The position numbers were made by a program, and so were the translations under genes. Below are positions 9,857 through 19,968 of a stretch of DNA of 64,000 bases, piece by piece. How positions within the stretch are numbered: the stretch's first letter is position 1; each line of letters starts with the position of its first letter. The stretch lies in contig OY969696.1 in the NCBI GenBank assembly GCA_963702005.1, positions 32,001 to 96,000 of the forward strand. Direction: 5' to 3'. The notes below the pieces were generated by a model that did no database searches, was not told the origin of the DNA, and worked only from the letters and a program-made list of their open reading frames with translations. Source of the stretch: Candidatus Aminicenantes bacterium. GTDB lineage: Bacteria; Acidobacteriota; Aminicenantia; Aminicenantales; JAFGBC01.

Positions 9857-12658
9857 CTACAAGCGCTTGCGGGAGGCTTTTTTCGCGGATTTCTTCGCGC
9901 CCCTTCTTGCCGGCGCCGCCTTCTTCGCGGGCTTTGGGGTTCCCGACGGCGGATTCGCAAGGGCCGCGCGGGCCGCGGCCAGGCGCGCGATCGGCACCCG
10001 GAAGGGCGAGCAGCTGACGTAGTTCAGGCCGATCAGGTGGCAGAACTCGACGCTCGACGGCTCGCCGCCGTGCTCGCCGCAGATGCCGATCTTGAGCGTC
10101 GGCCGCGTCTTGCGCCCTCTCTCCACGGCCGTCCGCATGAGCTGGCCCACGCCGTCCCGGTCGATGACCTCGAACGGGTCCTTGGCGTAGATTTCTTTCG
10201 CAACGTAGGGAATCAGGAAGCGGCCGGCGTCGTCGCGGCTGACGCCGAGGGTCGTCTGGGTCAGGTCGTTCGTCCCGAAGCTGAAGAACTCGGCCACGGC
10301 CGCGATCTCGTCGGCCGTGATGGCCCCGCGCGGGATCTCGATCATCGTCCCGACCAGGTACTTGAACTGGACGCCCTGCTCCTTCATGACGGCTTCGGCC
10401 GTCCGGCGGACGATCTTCTCCTGGTCGGCCAGTTCCTTGACGTGGCCGACCAACGGAATCATGACTTCGGGCTCGACCTCGATCCCTTTCTTTTTCGTCT
10501 GGGCGGCGGCTTCGAAGATGGCCCGGGCCTGCATCTCGGTAATCTCGGGATAGATGATGCCCAGGCGGCAGCCGCGGAAGCCCAGCATCGGGTTGAATTC
10601 GTGGAGGGAGTCGACGCGTTCGCGGACCTTCTCGTAAGCGATGCCCATCTCGGCCGCCAGCGCCCGCTGTTCCTTCTCCTCGTGGGGGAGGAACTCATGG
10701 AGGGGCGGGTCGATCGTCCGGATGGTGACCGGGCGGCCGTCCATGACTTCGAAGATGCCGGTGAAATCCTTCCGTTGGAGCGGCAGGAGCTTGGCCAGGG
10801 CGGCTTTGCGCTCGTCGAGAGTATCGGCCAGGATCATCTCCCGCATCGGGCCGATCTTGCCCTCGCCGAAGAACATGTGCTCGGTCCGGCACAGGCCGAT
10901 CCCCTGCGCGCCGAAGGCCACGGCGTTGGCCGACTGATCGGGCTGGTCGGCGTTGGTCCGGATCTTGAGCGTCCGGAATTGATCCGCCCAGGTCATGACC
11001 TTGGCGAAGGTCCGGTAAACAGGGGCCTTGGCCGGGTCGAGCGTCTTCTCGATCAGAACCTGAAGGACTTCCGAAGGTCGGGTATTGATCTTGCCCTCGA
11101 TGACCTGGCCGGTCGTCCCGTCGATCGAGACCCAGTCGCCTTCCTTGACGGTTTTGCCCTTCACGGCCATCACGCGCCGGACGTAGTCGATGATCAGGTC
11201 GCCGCACCCGGCAACGCAAACTTTCCCCATCTGACGGGCGACCAGGGCCGCATGCGAGGTCATGCCGCCGCGGGCGGTCAGGATCCCCTCGGCCGCGTTC
11301 ATCCCCTTGATGTCCTCGGGCGAGGTCTCGATCCGGGTCAAGATGACCTTCTCGCCCCGCTTCGCCCAGGCCTCGGCGTCGACCGAGTTGAACACGATCC
11401 GGCCGGTGGCGGCGCCCGGGCCGGCGTTGAGGCCCTTGGCCAGGAGGCGTCCGGACTTGACGGCGCCCTCCTTCTCGGCGGGGTCGAAGATCGGCCGGAG
11501 GAGCTGGTTGAGCTGGTCGGGCTCGATGCGGGCCAGGGCCTCTTTCTCCGTGATGAGTCTCTCCTCCACCATGTCGACGGCGATCTTGATCGCGGCGAAG
11601 GCGGTCCGCTTGCCGACCCGGCACTGGAGCATGTACAGCATGCCCTGCTGGATGGTGAATTCGATGTCCATCATGTCCCGGAAGTGCTTCTCCAGAATGT
11701 GCCGGATCCTCTCGAGCCGGGCATGGGCCTTGGGGTCGTCCGTGCGGAGGTCGGAGATCGGGAGCGGCGTCCGGATGCCGGCCACGACGTCCTCGCCCTG
11801 GGCGTTCATCAGATACTCGCCGTAGAAGGTGTTCTCGCCGGTGGCCGCGTCGCGGGTGAAGGCGACCCCGGTGCCGGAGTCGTTCCCCATGTTGCCGAAC
11901 ACCATCAGCTGGACGTTGACGGCCGTGCCCCAGGAATCGGGGATGTCGTAGAGCTTCCTATAGGCGACGGCCCGCTCGTTGTCCCAAGAGCCGAAGACCG
12001 CCCCGATCGCGCCCCAGAGCTGTTTCATCGGATCTTCGGGGAATTCGTGGCCGGTCGTCTCCTTGATGGCGGCCTTAAAGCGGACGACGAGGTCCTTGAG
12101 GTCGTCGGCAGTCAGGTCGGTGTCGTTCTTGAGGCCGCGCTCGATCTTCTTACGCTCGATGATGGCCTCGAACGGGTCGATGTCGTCCTTGTGGACCGGC
12201 TTCAAGCCGAGCACGACGTCGCCGTACATCTGGACGAACCGGCGGTAGGAGTCGTAGACGAACCGCGCGGTCCCGGTCTTGGCGACGAGGGCCGCGGCCG
12301 TCGTCTCGTTCAGCCCCAGGTTCAGGATCGTGTCCATCATGCCCGGCATCGAGGCCCGGGCGCCGGAGCGGACGGAAACAAGGAGGGGGTTCTTGGGATC
12401 GCCGAAGCCCTGCCCGGCCGCTTTCTCCAGCTTCTTCAAGTTCTTCGCGACCTCCCGCCTGACGGCCTCCGGAATCTTCTTCTTGCTCTTATAGAAAAGG
12501 CTGCAACCTTCGGTCGAAACCGTGAATCCGGGGGGAACGGAAAGACCGATCCCGGCCATCTCGGCCAGGTTGGCGCCCTTGCCGCCCAACAGGGCCTTCA
12601 TGTCTTTATTGCCTTCGGCCTTGCCGGCGCCGAAGAAGTACACGTATTTTTTAGCCAT
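9857..12658 (-). CDS. ppdK: Pyruvate, phosphate dikinase
   Basis: [41 protein letters not shown] (phospho-His), GICGEHGG. Confidence 0.97.
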   Translation of the reverse strand: MAKKYVYFFGAGKAEGNKDMKALLGGKGANLAEMAGIGLSVPPGFTVSTEGCSLFYKSKKKIPEAVRREVAKNLKKLEKAAGQGFGDPKNPLLVSVRSGARASMPGMMDTILNLGLNETTAAALVAKTGTARFVYDSYRRFVQMYGDVVLGLKPVHKDDIDPFEAIIERKKIERGLKNDTDLTADDLKDLVVRFKAAIKETTGHEFPEDPMKQLWGAIGAVFGSWDNERAVAYRKLYDIPDSWGTAVNVQLMVFGNMGNDSGTGVAFTRDAATGENTFYGEYLMNAQGEDVVAGIRTPLPISDLRTDDPKAHARLERIRHILEKHFRDMMDIEFTIQQGMLYMLQCRVGKRTAFAAIKIAVDMVEERLITEKEALARIEPDQLNQLLRPIFDPAEKEGAVKSGRLLAKGLNAGPGAATGRIVFNSVDAEAWAKRGEKVILTRIETSPEDIKGMNAAEGILTARGGMTSHAALVARQMGKVCVAGCGDLIIDYVRRVMAVKGKTVKEGDWVSIDGTTGQVIEGKINTRPSEVLQVLIEKTLDPAKAPVYRTFAKVMTWADQFRTLKIRTNADQPDQSANAVAFGAQGIGLCRTEHMFFGEGKIGPMREMILADTLDERKAALAKLLPLQRKDFTGIFEVMDGRPVTIRTIDPPLHEFLPHEEKEQRALAAEMGIAYEKVRERVDSLHEFNPMLGFRGCRLGIIYPEITEMQARAIFEAAAQTKKKGIEVEPEVMIPLVGHVKELADQEKIVRRTAEAVMKEQGVQFKYLVGTMIEIPRGAITADEIAAVAEFFSFGTNDLTQTTLGVSRDDAGRFLIPYVAKEIYAKDPFEVIDRDGVGQLMRTAVERGRKTRPTLKIGICGEHGGEPSSVEFCHLIGLNYVSCSPFRVPIARLAAARAALANPPSGTPKPAKKAAPARRGAKKSAKKASRKRL

Positions 12659-12735
12659 GATAGAAGCTCCTAAGTGAGGATAAACTAAGTGAGTTTACCC
12701 GGAAGTCGGATAAAATGCAAGCGCGCCCATGACCC

Positions 12736-13464
12736 CTATCGGCGGCGGAGCTTGATGCGGAGGAGCTCCCCGAGCATCCCGGCCGCGCCCCGGACGATGC
12801 GGACCCGGCTCGGGGCGGAATGCCGCCAGACGATCGGAACCTGGCCGATTCGGTATCCGGACTCGCGGCATAAATAAAGGACTTCGGCGTCGAAGGCGAA
12901 TCCGGGAGTCCGGAGGCGGGAGAAAAGGTCCAGGGCGGCAGCCCGCCGAAAGAGCTTGAACCCGCACTGAGTGTCTGGGATGCCCCGGAGGAGAAGGAGG
13001 CGGACGAACAGGTTGAAGGTTTTTCCCATAAGCTCCCGGACGGGGTTCTGGCGGACCTGAATATCGGAACCGGGAAGGGCCCGGGAGCCGATGACGACGT
13101 CGCAGCCTTCCTCGATCCTCGGCCAAAATTTGGCGATCTCCTCGATCGGGGTCGAGAGGTCCGCGTCCGTGAACAGGACGAAGGCTCCGCGGGCCGCGAG
13201 AACTCCCTCCCTGACCGAGAAGCCTTTCCCCCGGTTGACGGATCGCCTCAGAACCCGGGCGCCGGGCGTCCCGAGGAGGGCGTCCTCGGCCTGGAGCGCG
13301 GTCCGGTCCCGGCTGCCGTCGTCGACGACGACGATCTCGCTCGTATAAGCCTGGCCTTCGAGATATTCCCTTACTCGGGCCAGGGTCGGGCCGATCCGGC
13401 CCTCCTCGTTATAGGCGGGGACGACGACGGAAAGATAAATTTTGCCGCTCGTCGAGGTTGTCAT
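12736..13464 (-). CDS. Family 2 glycosyltransferase (polyprenol-phosphate glycosyltransferase-like)
   Basis: SVVVPAYNE, VDDGSRD, DADLS and DTQCGFKLF motifs. Confidence 0.9.
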   Translation of the reverse strand: MTTSTSGKIYLSVVVPAYNEEGRIGPTLARVREYLEGQAYTSEIVVVDDGSRDRTALQAEDALLGTPGARVLRRSVNRGKGFSVREGVLAARGAFVLFTDADLSTPIEEIAKFWPRIEEGCDVVIGSRALPGSDIQVRQNPVRELMGKTFNLFVRLLLLRGIPDTQCGFKLFRRAAALDLFSRLRTPGFAFDAEVLYLCRESGYRIGQVPIVWRHSAPSRVRIVRGAAGMLGELLRIKLRRR

Positions 13465-13596
13465 GGGCGGTTGCGCTCAAGCGTTCGCGGGTATTATATA
13501 ATATTTTATTCAACTCATCCCTAACGGAAGATTGACATTAACTTTTCCGTTCAGGGATAATTGGAGCCGAGGGACGAAAGACAAAAGGAGCCTAAG

Positions 13597-14016
13597 ATGA
13601 AAAAAATCTATTTCGCCGCGATCGCATGTATCCTGATCGGCGGGCTTGTCTCCTGCGCCGCCAGCCACTCCTCGGCCGCCATGAATTATTACCACGGGAA
13701 AACGGTCCCGGCCGAGTACTTCCGGGTCGTCCGCCATACCGCGACCGAGATTGAGTTCGAGGTCCGGGTCAAGTTCCGCCAGGATCATCTCTACCATCTC
13801 GTCCTGGACGGCAACACGCCGCTGGCCGAGGGATGGTTTCCCACGACCAAAGGCGAGGAGCCGTCTTACACCGTGGTCCTTAAAGCCAAGCCCGGAGTCG
13901 AGTTCGTTTCGGGCAAGCCCTACCGGCTCTGCATCGGAGATCAGAATCCCGAACTCGTCAGCGTCCATTCCACGAACTACAACTGCACGGCCGATTACGA
14001 GTTCAAGCTGGATTAG
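13597..14016 (+). CDS. Hypothetical lipoprotein
   Basis: MKKIYFAAIACILIGGLVS-C lipobox-like signal; AAGGAG RBS; TTGACA-18-GATAAT promoter at 13532-13561. Confidence 0.7.
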   Translation: MKKIYFAAIACILIGGLVSCAASHSSAAMNYYHGKTVPAEYFRVVRHTATEIEFEVRVKFRQDHLYHLVLDGNTPLAEGWFPTTKGEEPSYTVVLKAKPGVEFVSGKPYRLCIGDQNPELVSVHSTNYNCTADYEFKLD

Positions 14017-14428
14017 GCTTTCCCGCGTTCGACAGCCAGACCGTTAGAGACATAAATAGCAGGGCCGCGTCCTGAAGGATGAGCCCCAGGTCGGCTTTCC
14101 GGCTTAGGCTCCCGAAGCAGCCGCAGTCGACGTCGATCCCCCGGGCGATGGTCACCGCGACCAGGATGATGAACCCCGCCAGCATCAAGGATAGAAGGAG
14201 TGCGTTCGTCCTCCGCCAGAGTCCGACGATGAGGAGAACTCCCGCCGTAAGCTCGAGCCAGGGCAGGACGACCGCGACCCAGAAGGCGATCGTGTTGCCG
14301 ACGACCCGGTAGTTGGCGATATTCTGGGCGAAGCCGAGCGGGTCCCGGATTTTAAGAACGGCCGACCAGACGAATATGCCGCCCACGATAAGGCGGAAAA
14401 TACAAAGGACCGCCTTATTCCGGATCAC
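14003..14428 (-). CDS. MauE/DoxX family membrane protein
   Basis: Four hydrophobic segments; LPWLE; GIDVDCGCFG motif. Confidence 0.88.
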   Translation of the reverse strand: MIRNKAVLCIFRLIVGGIFVWSAVLKIRDPLGFAQNIANYRVVGNTIAFWVAVVLPWLELTAGVLLIVGLWRRTNALLLSLMLAGFIILVAVTIARGIDVDCGCFGSLSRKADLGLILQDAALLFMSLTVWLSNAGKPNPA

Positions 14429-14912
14429 TTCCCACCTCGACCGGGAAGCCGGCCGTCAGCCATTCCGCCCAGCCGCCCTGGAAAATTTTGATGGCCGTGA
14501 ATCCGGCCTCATGTAGGATGCGCGCTAAAAGGATGCTCGTCTGGCAGTCCCCCCCGTTGCAGTAGACGACCAAAGGATGGTTTGGGGCGATTCCCAGCGC
14601 CCCGGGCGTGGCCAGGGCTGCGTTCTCCTCCGCCTTTTTGAGCGGGACGCTCTTCGCGCCGGGGACGTGGCCCTCTCCGTATTCATCGCGGGGACGGCTG
14701 TCGACGAACAGGGCGGCCCCGCTTTGGAACAAGTCCCCGGCCTCGGCTAAACCGATGAAGGTGACCCCCGGCGTTCCCGCCGGAAGAATCAGGCTTTCGG
14801 CGAAATCCCCCCTCAGCTCGCGCCGGATCAATCCCAAGTTGAAGAGGACGGCCGGGAGGAGGGCTATCGAGACGATCGCGGAGAGCTCTTTAGCGGTCTT
14901 TCTCCAATCCAC
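14415..14912 (-). CDS. Membrane-anchored rhodanese-like domain protein
   Basis: VDSRP..Y..GHVPGA, VVYCNGGDC and GGWAEW motifs. Confidence 0.88.
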   Translation of the reverse strand: MDWRKTAKELSAIVSIALLPAVLFNLGLIRRELRGDFAESLILPAGTPGVTFIGLAEAGDLFQSGAALFVDSRPRDEYGEGHVPGAKSVPLKKAEENAALATPGALGIAPNHPLVVYCNGGDCQTSILLARILHEAGFTAIKIFQGGWAEWLTAGFPVEVGSDPE

Positions 14913-14918
14913 GGTCCG

Positions 14919-16115
14919 TCAAGGATGAAGGGTCTTGTACTTCTCCAGCCCGGCCCGGAAGGCCACGACGGCCTTCTTGAGGTCCTCTTCTTTAAGGACG
15001 TAGGCGATGCGCATCTCGTCCCGCCCCTTGCCCGGCGTCGTGTAGAAACCTTCGGCGGGGGCGACCATGACGGTCTGGTTCTCGTGGCTGAAGTCGGTCA
15101 GCATCCAGATCACGAAGTGCTCGACGTCCTTGACCGGGATCTTGACGATCATGTAGAAGGCGCCCTGCGGCTTGTAGAGGGAGACGCCCGGAATCGCCTT
15201 GAGCCCCTCGTAGAGGACGTCCCGCCGCCGCTGGTACTCGACCCGGACCGGGTCGAAATATTTAAGCCCCATCTTGTAGGCGGCGATGGCGGCCCTCTGC
15301 TCGACCGAGGGCGGGCAGAGCCGGGCTTGGGCGAACTTGAGGGCGGCCTGGTAAATGTCCTTGCTCCGCGTAATCAGGGCCCCGATCCGCGCCCCGCAGC
15401 AGGAAAACCTCTTGGAGATGCTGTCGACGACGATCGTCCGGTCCTCGACCTCCTTGTACTCGAGGATGCTCTTATGGATGAGCCCGTCATAGACGAGCTC
15501 CTTGTAAACCTCGTCTCCGATCAAATACAAGCCGTGCTTCTTGACCAGGCGGACGACTCGCTCGAGCTCCTCGGCCGTGTAGACGGTCCCGGTCGGGTTG
15601 TTGGGCGAGCAGATGAGGATGGCCCGCGTCCTTTTCGTGATCTTGGCTTCGATCTCTTTCTCCGAGGGCAGCCGGAACCCGTCCTCGCCGCGCAGGGTCA
15701 GCGGAACGAGCTTGACGTTCGCGAAGTAGGCGTAGCCGTTGTAATTCGTGTAGAAGGGCTCGAAGACGATGATCTCATCGCCCGGGTCGGCCACGACATT
15801 GAAGGCGAACAAGATGGCTTCCGAACCGCCCGTCGTGATCAGGATGTTGTCGGGGACGAGCCGAATGCCGTAGTCGGCGAAATAGTCGCACATGGCCGTA
15901 TGGAGTTCCTTGAACCCTTGAGCCGGCCCGTAGCTCAGGACGGGATCTTTAAAGGAGCGGAAGGCTTCGAAGACGGGCTGGGGGGTCGGGACATCGGGGT
16001 CGCCGATGTTGAGAAAATAGATGTGAACGCCCTTGGCCAGGGCCTGATCGGCGTAGGGCTTGAGCTTACGGATCGGGGACGCCTGGATCATTTGCCCGCG
16101 GAGGGAGATATTCAT
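14919..16115 (-). CDS. Class I/II PLP-dependent aminotransferase (aspartate aminotransferase-like)
   Basis: NIGDPD, PNNPTG, DEVY and SISKRFS..GARIG motifs; GGAGG RBS ahead of the ATG at 16115. Confidence 0.92.
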   Translation of the reverse strand: MNISLRGQMIQASPIRKLKPYADQALAKGVHIYFLNIGDPDVPTPQPVFEAFRSFKDPVLSYGPAQGFKELHTAMCDYFADYGIRLVPDNILITTGGSEAILFAFNVVADPGDEIIVFEPFYTNYNGYAYFANVKLVPLTLRGEDGFRLPSEKEIEAKITKRTRAILICSPNNPTGTVYTAEELERVVRLVKKHGLYLIGDEVYKELVYDGLIHKSILEYKEVEDRTIVVDSISKRFSCCGARIGALITRSKDIYQAALKFAQARLCPPSVEQRAAIAAYKMGLKYFDPVRVEYQRRRDVLYEGLKAIPGVSLYKPQGAFYMIVKIPVKDVEHFVIWMLTDFSHENQTVMVAPAEGFYTTPGKGRDEMRIAYVLKEEDLKKAVVAFRAGLEKYKTLHP

Positions 16116-16339
16116 GGATGAGGCCTCCTGTTCCGAATAAGGCGAGAGTTGATTATGTGCCAAATTCCGCCGGGATGTCAACGGCCATTCCCGGCCATTC
16201 CGAACCCGTCCGGTTTTGTATTTAAATTATTATCAATTACTTAAGTTTATGTTGGGACCTCGGATCCGCGCTCTTCGAATAAGGGTTGCCAAGCGTCCCC
16301 CTTTTTTGTTATGTTCTGTCGCGGCAAGGCAACGCTGCC

Positions 16340-17137
16340 ATGTTCAAAGACTCGGAGCCCAGGATCGTCGGCAAGGAAAGCTGGGGGGATTACTTTCTCC
16401 TGACCTTCGACTCCCCGGCCGTATCGGCCCTGGCCCGGCCCGGCCAGTTCCTGATGATCAAGGTCGCTGACGAACCTTATCCCTTGCTGCGCCGCCCGCT
16501 CGGGATCCACTCCCGGAAGGATAGAACCCTCGGCGTCTTTTTCAAAGTCGCCGGCGTCGGGACCGCGCTCCTCGCCCGCAAAAAGCCGGGCGAGACGCTC
16601 GATATCCTCGGCCCGCTCGGCAAGGGATTCAGCGTCGATCCCTGCCTGGCAGGGAAGCCGGTTATCGCCGTCGGCGGCGGCCGCGGCATCGCGCCCCTCT
16701 ACTTCCTGGCCTGGGAGCTCCGGGCCCTGGGCGCTTCGGTAAAAATCCTCTACGGCGGCCGGACCAAGGACGACGTCCCGCTCGCCGCGCGCCTCCGCGA
16801 CGAGGCCTTCGACCTCATCGTGACGACCGACGACGGGACCGTGGGACGTAAGGGATTCGTAACGGCCGCCCTGGAGGAGGAGGCTGGGAAATCCGCGCCG
16901 ACCATGATCTTCGCCTGCGGCCCCGACCCGATGCTCGAGGCCGTCGCCCGGCTCGCCCGCGCCCGGACCCTGTCCGCCGAGCTCTCGCTCGAGAGCCGGA
17001 TGGGCTGCGGTTTCGGGGCCTGCTGGGGCTGCGTCCAGAGGGTCCGCGTCGAGGGCAAGCCGGAATGGGTCAAGATCTGCGAGGACGGCCCGGTCTTCCC
17101 GGCCGAGTCCGTCGTTTGGGAGAAGGAGTCGCCATGA
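16340..17137 (+). CDS. pyrK: Dihydroorotate dehydrogenase electron transfer subunit
   Basis: PGQF, LRRP, GPLGKGF, ACGP and CGFGACWGC...C [2Fe-2S] motifs. Confidence 0.92.
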   Translation: MFKDSEPRIVGKESWGDYFLLTFDSPAVSALARPGQFLMIKVADEPYPLLRRPLGIHSRKDRTLGVFFKVAGVGTALLARKKPGETLDILGPLGKGFSVDPCLAGKPVIAVGGGRGIAPLYFLAWELRALGASVKILYGGRTKDDVPLAARLRDEAFDLIVTTDDGTVGRKGFVTAALEEEAGKSAPTMIFACGPDPMLEAVARLARARTLSAELSLESRMGCGFGACWGCVQRVRVEGKPEWVKICEDGPVFPAESVVWEKESP

Positions 17138-18045
17138 GCGACCTCTCGATCGACCTCGGCTTCCTCAAGCTCAAGAATCCGATCCTGGCCGCGAGCGGGA
17201 CCTTTGGCTACGGGCTTGAGTTCGAGCCCTTCCTCGACCTCAACCGGCTGGGCGGATTTGTCGTCAAGGGCCTCCACTACGGACCGCGCGAGGGCAATCC
17301 GCCGCCCCGCCTGGTCGAGACGGCGGCCGGGGTTATCAACGCCATCGGACTCCAGGGAATCGGGGTCGAGGCTTTCGCCGACAAGGTCCTCCCCAAGCTT
17401 CAGACCCTGAAGACGGCCGTCATCGTCAATGTCTGCGGCGGCTCCGACGAGGAGTACGTCCGTGTCGTGGAGTTCCTCAACGCCCGGGAGGGGATCGCCG
17501 CCTACGAGCTCAATATCTCCTGCCCCAACGTCAAAAAGGACGGGGCCTGCCCCGCCACCAGCCCCGAAAGCACCCGGGCCATCGTCCGCAAGGTCAAGCG
17601 GGCGAGCCGCCGCCCCGTCATCACCAAGCTCTCCCCCAACGTGACCGATATCGTCGAGATCGCCCTGGCCGCCCAGGAGGCGGGGACGGACGCCGTGGCC
17701 CTGGTCAACACCTTCCTGGCCATGGCCATCGACATCGAGACGCGGCGCCCCAAGCTCGGGAACGTCATGGGCGGACTGAGCGGGCCCGCCATCAAGCCGA
17801 TCGCCCTCCGGATGGTCTGCCAGGTCGCCTCGCGGGTCAAGGTTCCGGTCATCGGGATGGGAGGGATTTGGTCGGGCGCGGACGTCCTCGAATTCATGAT
17901 CGCCGGCGCCCGCGCCGTCCAGGTCGGGACGGCCAACCTGGTCGATCCCGACGCCTGCCTCCGCATCCTGGGCGAGGTCGAGGACATCTGCCGCGGGAAA
18001 GGCATCGAGCGGCTGGAAGACGTCGTCGGGACCGTCAAAATATAG
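17134..18045 (+). CDS. pyrD: Dihydroorotate dehydrogenase B catalytic subunit
   Basis: ASGTFGYG, NAIGLQ, ELNISCPN, KLSPN and GGLSGPAIKP motifs; ATGA overlap with pyrK. Confidence 0.95.
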   Translation: MSDLSIDLGFLKLKNPILAASGTFGYGLEFEPFLDLNRLGGFVVKGLHYGPREGNPPPRLVETAAGVINAIGLQGIGVEAFADKVLPKLQTLKTAVIVNVCGGSDEEYVRVVEFLNAREGIAAYELNISCPNVKKDGACPATSPESTRAIVRKVKRASRRPVITKLSPNVTDIVEIALAAQEAGTDAVALVNTFLAMAIDIETRRPKLGNVMGGLSGPAIKPIALRMVCQVASRVKVPVIGMGGIWSGADVLEFMIAGARAVQVGTANLVDPDACLRILGEVEDICRGKGIERLEDVVGTVKI

Positions 18046-18076
18046 AAGGGCCGTTCTCATCGGGAAAGGAAGAGCC

Positions 18077-18808
18077 ATGACTCAAGTCCCTGCCGCGGAG
18101 CGCGTCATCATCGCCCTCGACGTCAAGAACAAGGACGAAGGGCTGACCCTGGTCCGGACGCTCGAGAGCGCCGTCCTGTTTAAGGTCGGGCTCCAGCTCT
18201 ACACGGCCGAGGGCCCGGTTTTGCTCAAAGACATCCAGGGGCTGGGGAAGAAGGTCTTCCTCGACCTCAAGCTCCACGACATCCCCAACACGGTCGCCGA
18301 GGCCGTCCGGTCCGGGCTGAGGCTTGGGGCGTGGATGATGACCATTCATACCTCGGGCGGAAGGGAGATGATGGCCGAAGCCGCTAAAGCCGCGGCCGAC
18401 GAGGCCGCGAAAACAGGAAAGCCCAAGCCGTTGCTGCTGGGCGTCACGGTCCTGACCAGCCTCAGGGACGCGGAGCTTCAAGAGGTCGGGTTCGCGGGGA
18501 AAGTCATGGACCAGGTTGTAAGGCTGGCCGCGCTGGCCAAGGCGGCCGGCTTGGATGGAGTCGTTTGCTCGCCCCTGGAGATCGAGGCCGTCCGCCGGGA
18601 GTTCGGGACGAGTCTCCTGATCGTGACCCCGGGCATCCGGCCGGCCGGCGCGGACGTTCACGATCAGAAACGGATCATGACGCCCGCTCGGGCGGTCGCG
18701 TTGGGGGCGGACTACCTGGTCATCGGACGGCCGATCACGGCCTCCCCCTCGCCGGACAAGGCGTTCCGCGATATCGCGGCCGAGATTACAGCCCCGGCCG
18801 GAAGATGA
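18077..18808 (+). CDS. pyrF: Orotidine-5'-phosphate decarboxylase
   Basis: FLDLKLHDIPNTV, VTVLTS, TPGIR and VIGRPI motifs. Confidence 0.96.
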   Translation: MTQVPAAERVIIALDVKNKDEGLTLVRTLESAVLFKVGLQLYTAEGPVLLKDIQGLGKKVFLDLKLHDIPNTVAEAVRSGLRLGAWMMTIHTSGGREMMAEAAKAAADEAAKTGKPKPLLLGVTVLTSLRDAELQEVGFAGKVMDQVVRLAALAKAAGLDGVVCSPLEIEAVRREFGTSLLIVTPGIRPAGADVHDQKRIMTPARAVALGADYLVIGRPITASPSPDKAFRDIAAEITAPAGR

Positions 18809-19373
18809 AGATGGCGCCGATGATGAGGTTGACGACGAAGGACAGGACGATCACGACGACGATGCTGACGACGAGGTAGATCATGACCTTGTCCTTGGGC
18901 GTATCCATCAGGGGCGTCGCGAAGCCCAAGTAGAGAACGTAGAGCCCGTAGAGGCTGGCCAGGATGACTAGAATGCCGAGCGCCGGAATGATGTACAGGA
19001 CGCCGGCGACCCACATCGGTGTCATGCTGTAGATGGCCAGCTTCATGGCGTTGTTCATGTTCTGGGTCGAGCCGAAGCTGGGCGCCAGGGCGTTGATGAT
19101 GAACCCGAACAGGTAGACCGAGACCAGCGAGAAGACATAGAAGACCACGGCCCGGGCGAGGGAGGTCCCCAGCCCGAACCGAAACATGCCGTAAAAGGGG
19201 ATTCGCATCCCGATCAAGCCGAACCCGATGAACTGGGCGATGGCCGGGATGGCGGCGAGGAGAACGGCGTAGGAGGTGAAAAGCTGGGCGACCGTGGTCG
19301 ATTCGCCTTTGATCTTGACCCATTCTTCCTTGGGCTTAAGCAGAATGGCCTGTGCTCTCGATACTAATTCCAT
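18786..19373 (-). CDS. Yip1 family (DUF1282-like) membrane protein
   Basis: ILLKPKEEW N-terminus; several TM helices; YSMTP.W. Confidence 0.8.
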   Translation of the reverse strand: MELVSRAQAILLKPKEEWVKIKGESTTVAQLFTSYAVLLAAIPAIAQFIGFGLIGMRIPFYGMFRFGLGTSLARAVVFYVFSLVSVYLFGFIINALAPSFGSTQNMNNAMKLAIYSMTPMWVAGVLYIIPALGILVILASLYGLYVLYLGFATPLMDTPKDKVMIYLVVSIVVVIVLSFVVNLIIGAIFIFRPGL

Positions 19374-19428
19374 TCCTTCCTCCTTTGGGATAATTTCAAG
19401 GCCTTTATACCTTTTTTGGACGGACCCT

Positions 19429-19500
19429 GTCAATCCCTCGACCCCAAGCCATATGGCGCGGGTCGTTCAGGGTGACCCTGAGCTTCGGCGAACGGGTCAA
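19429..19500. repeat. REP/MITE-like palindromic unit, family A (GTCAA-CCCTCGAC...CCCTGAGC..CGGCGAACGG-GTCAA)
   Basis: Related units at 19782-19932 and 23599-23657; a terminal fragment at 2873-2886. Confidence 0.65.
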
Positions 19501-19557
19501 CTGGAAACGGCCCCCGGGTCCGTCAACCATTCATCGCTCGCCCTCGCAAAAGGACAG

Positions 19558-19633
19558 TGGAGGCGCGGGCCGGACTCGAACCGGCGAATCGAGGTTTTGC
19601 AGACCTCTCCCTTAGCCACTTGGGTACCGCGCC
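19558..19633 (-). tRNA. tRNA-Cys (GCA)
   Basis: Reverse complement GGCGCGGTACCCAAGTGGCTAAGGGAGAGGTCT-GCA-AAACCTC...GGTTCGAGTCC...CCA forms a cloverleaf. Confidence 0.95.
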
Positions 19634-19651
19634 TTATTCATGACGGAAAGC

Positions 19652-19726
19652 TGGAGCGGGCGATGGGACTTGAACCCACGACCTTCTGCATGGCAAGCAG
19701 ACGTTCTACCACTGAACTACGCCCGC
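19652..19726 (-). tRNA. tRNA-Gly (GCC)
   Basis: Reverse complement GCGGGCGTAGTTCAGTGGTAGAACGTCTGCTT-GCC-ATGCAGA...GGTTCAAGTCC...CCA. Confidence 0.95.
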
Positions 19727-19757
19727 TCTCGATGAAACCTCATCCGAATACCGGCTT

Positions 19758-19786
19758 AAGCTAACAAAAACGGCCCATCCTGTCAA
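19758..19786 (-). promoter_or_regulatory. sigma70 promoter of the tRNA-Gly/Cys operon
   Basis: TTGACA-17 nt-TAGCTT on the minus strand. Confidence 0.55.
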
Positions 19787-19932
19787 CCCCTCGACCCCCG
19801 GCTATCAGCGGGGGCTTGTATAGGGGTAACCCTGAGCCTCGGCGAATGGGTCAACCCCTCGACACCCATACTAAGCCGGAAACGGCTTAGTATGAGGACT
19901 GCAAGGCTGGGTGGCCTCGGCGAACGGGTCAA
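19782..19932. repeat. Two tandem family A REP/MITE-like units sharing GTCAA junctions; the second carries a CATACTAAGCCG-N4-CGGCTTAGTATG hairpin
   Basis: GTCAA at 19782, 19850 and 19928; 19850-19908 nearly identical to 23599-23657. Confidence 0.7.
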
Positions 19933-19968
19933 GGCCGCGGACGGGCGAGGGCGGGACTTTCGCTTCGG

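Noticed and set aside
10037-12673. Very long antisense or alternative-frame ORFs (e.g. 10037..12673, 29844..32111, 35616..38450, 38742..40778, 46890..48620)
   Set aside because: Shadow ORFs caused by high-GC codon bias opposite well-supported genes; no recognisable motifs
16145-16245. IHF consensus at 16231-16243 and a TGGCAC on the minus strand upstream of the aminotransferase
   Set aside because: The -12 TTGC element is missing, so a sigma54 promoter is not supported
19276-19764. 162-aa plus-strand ORF
   Set aside because: Antisense to two tRNA genes and repeats; spurious
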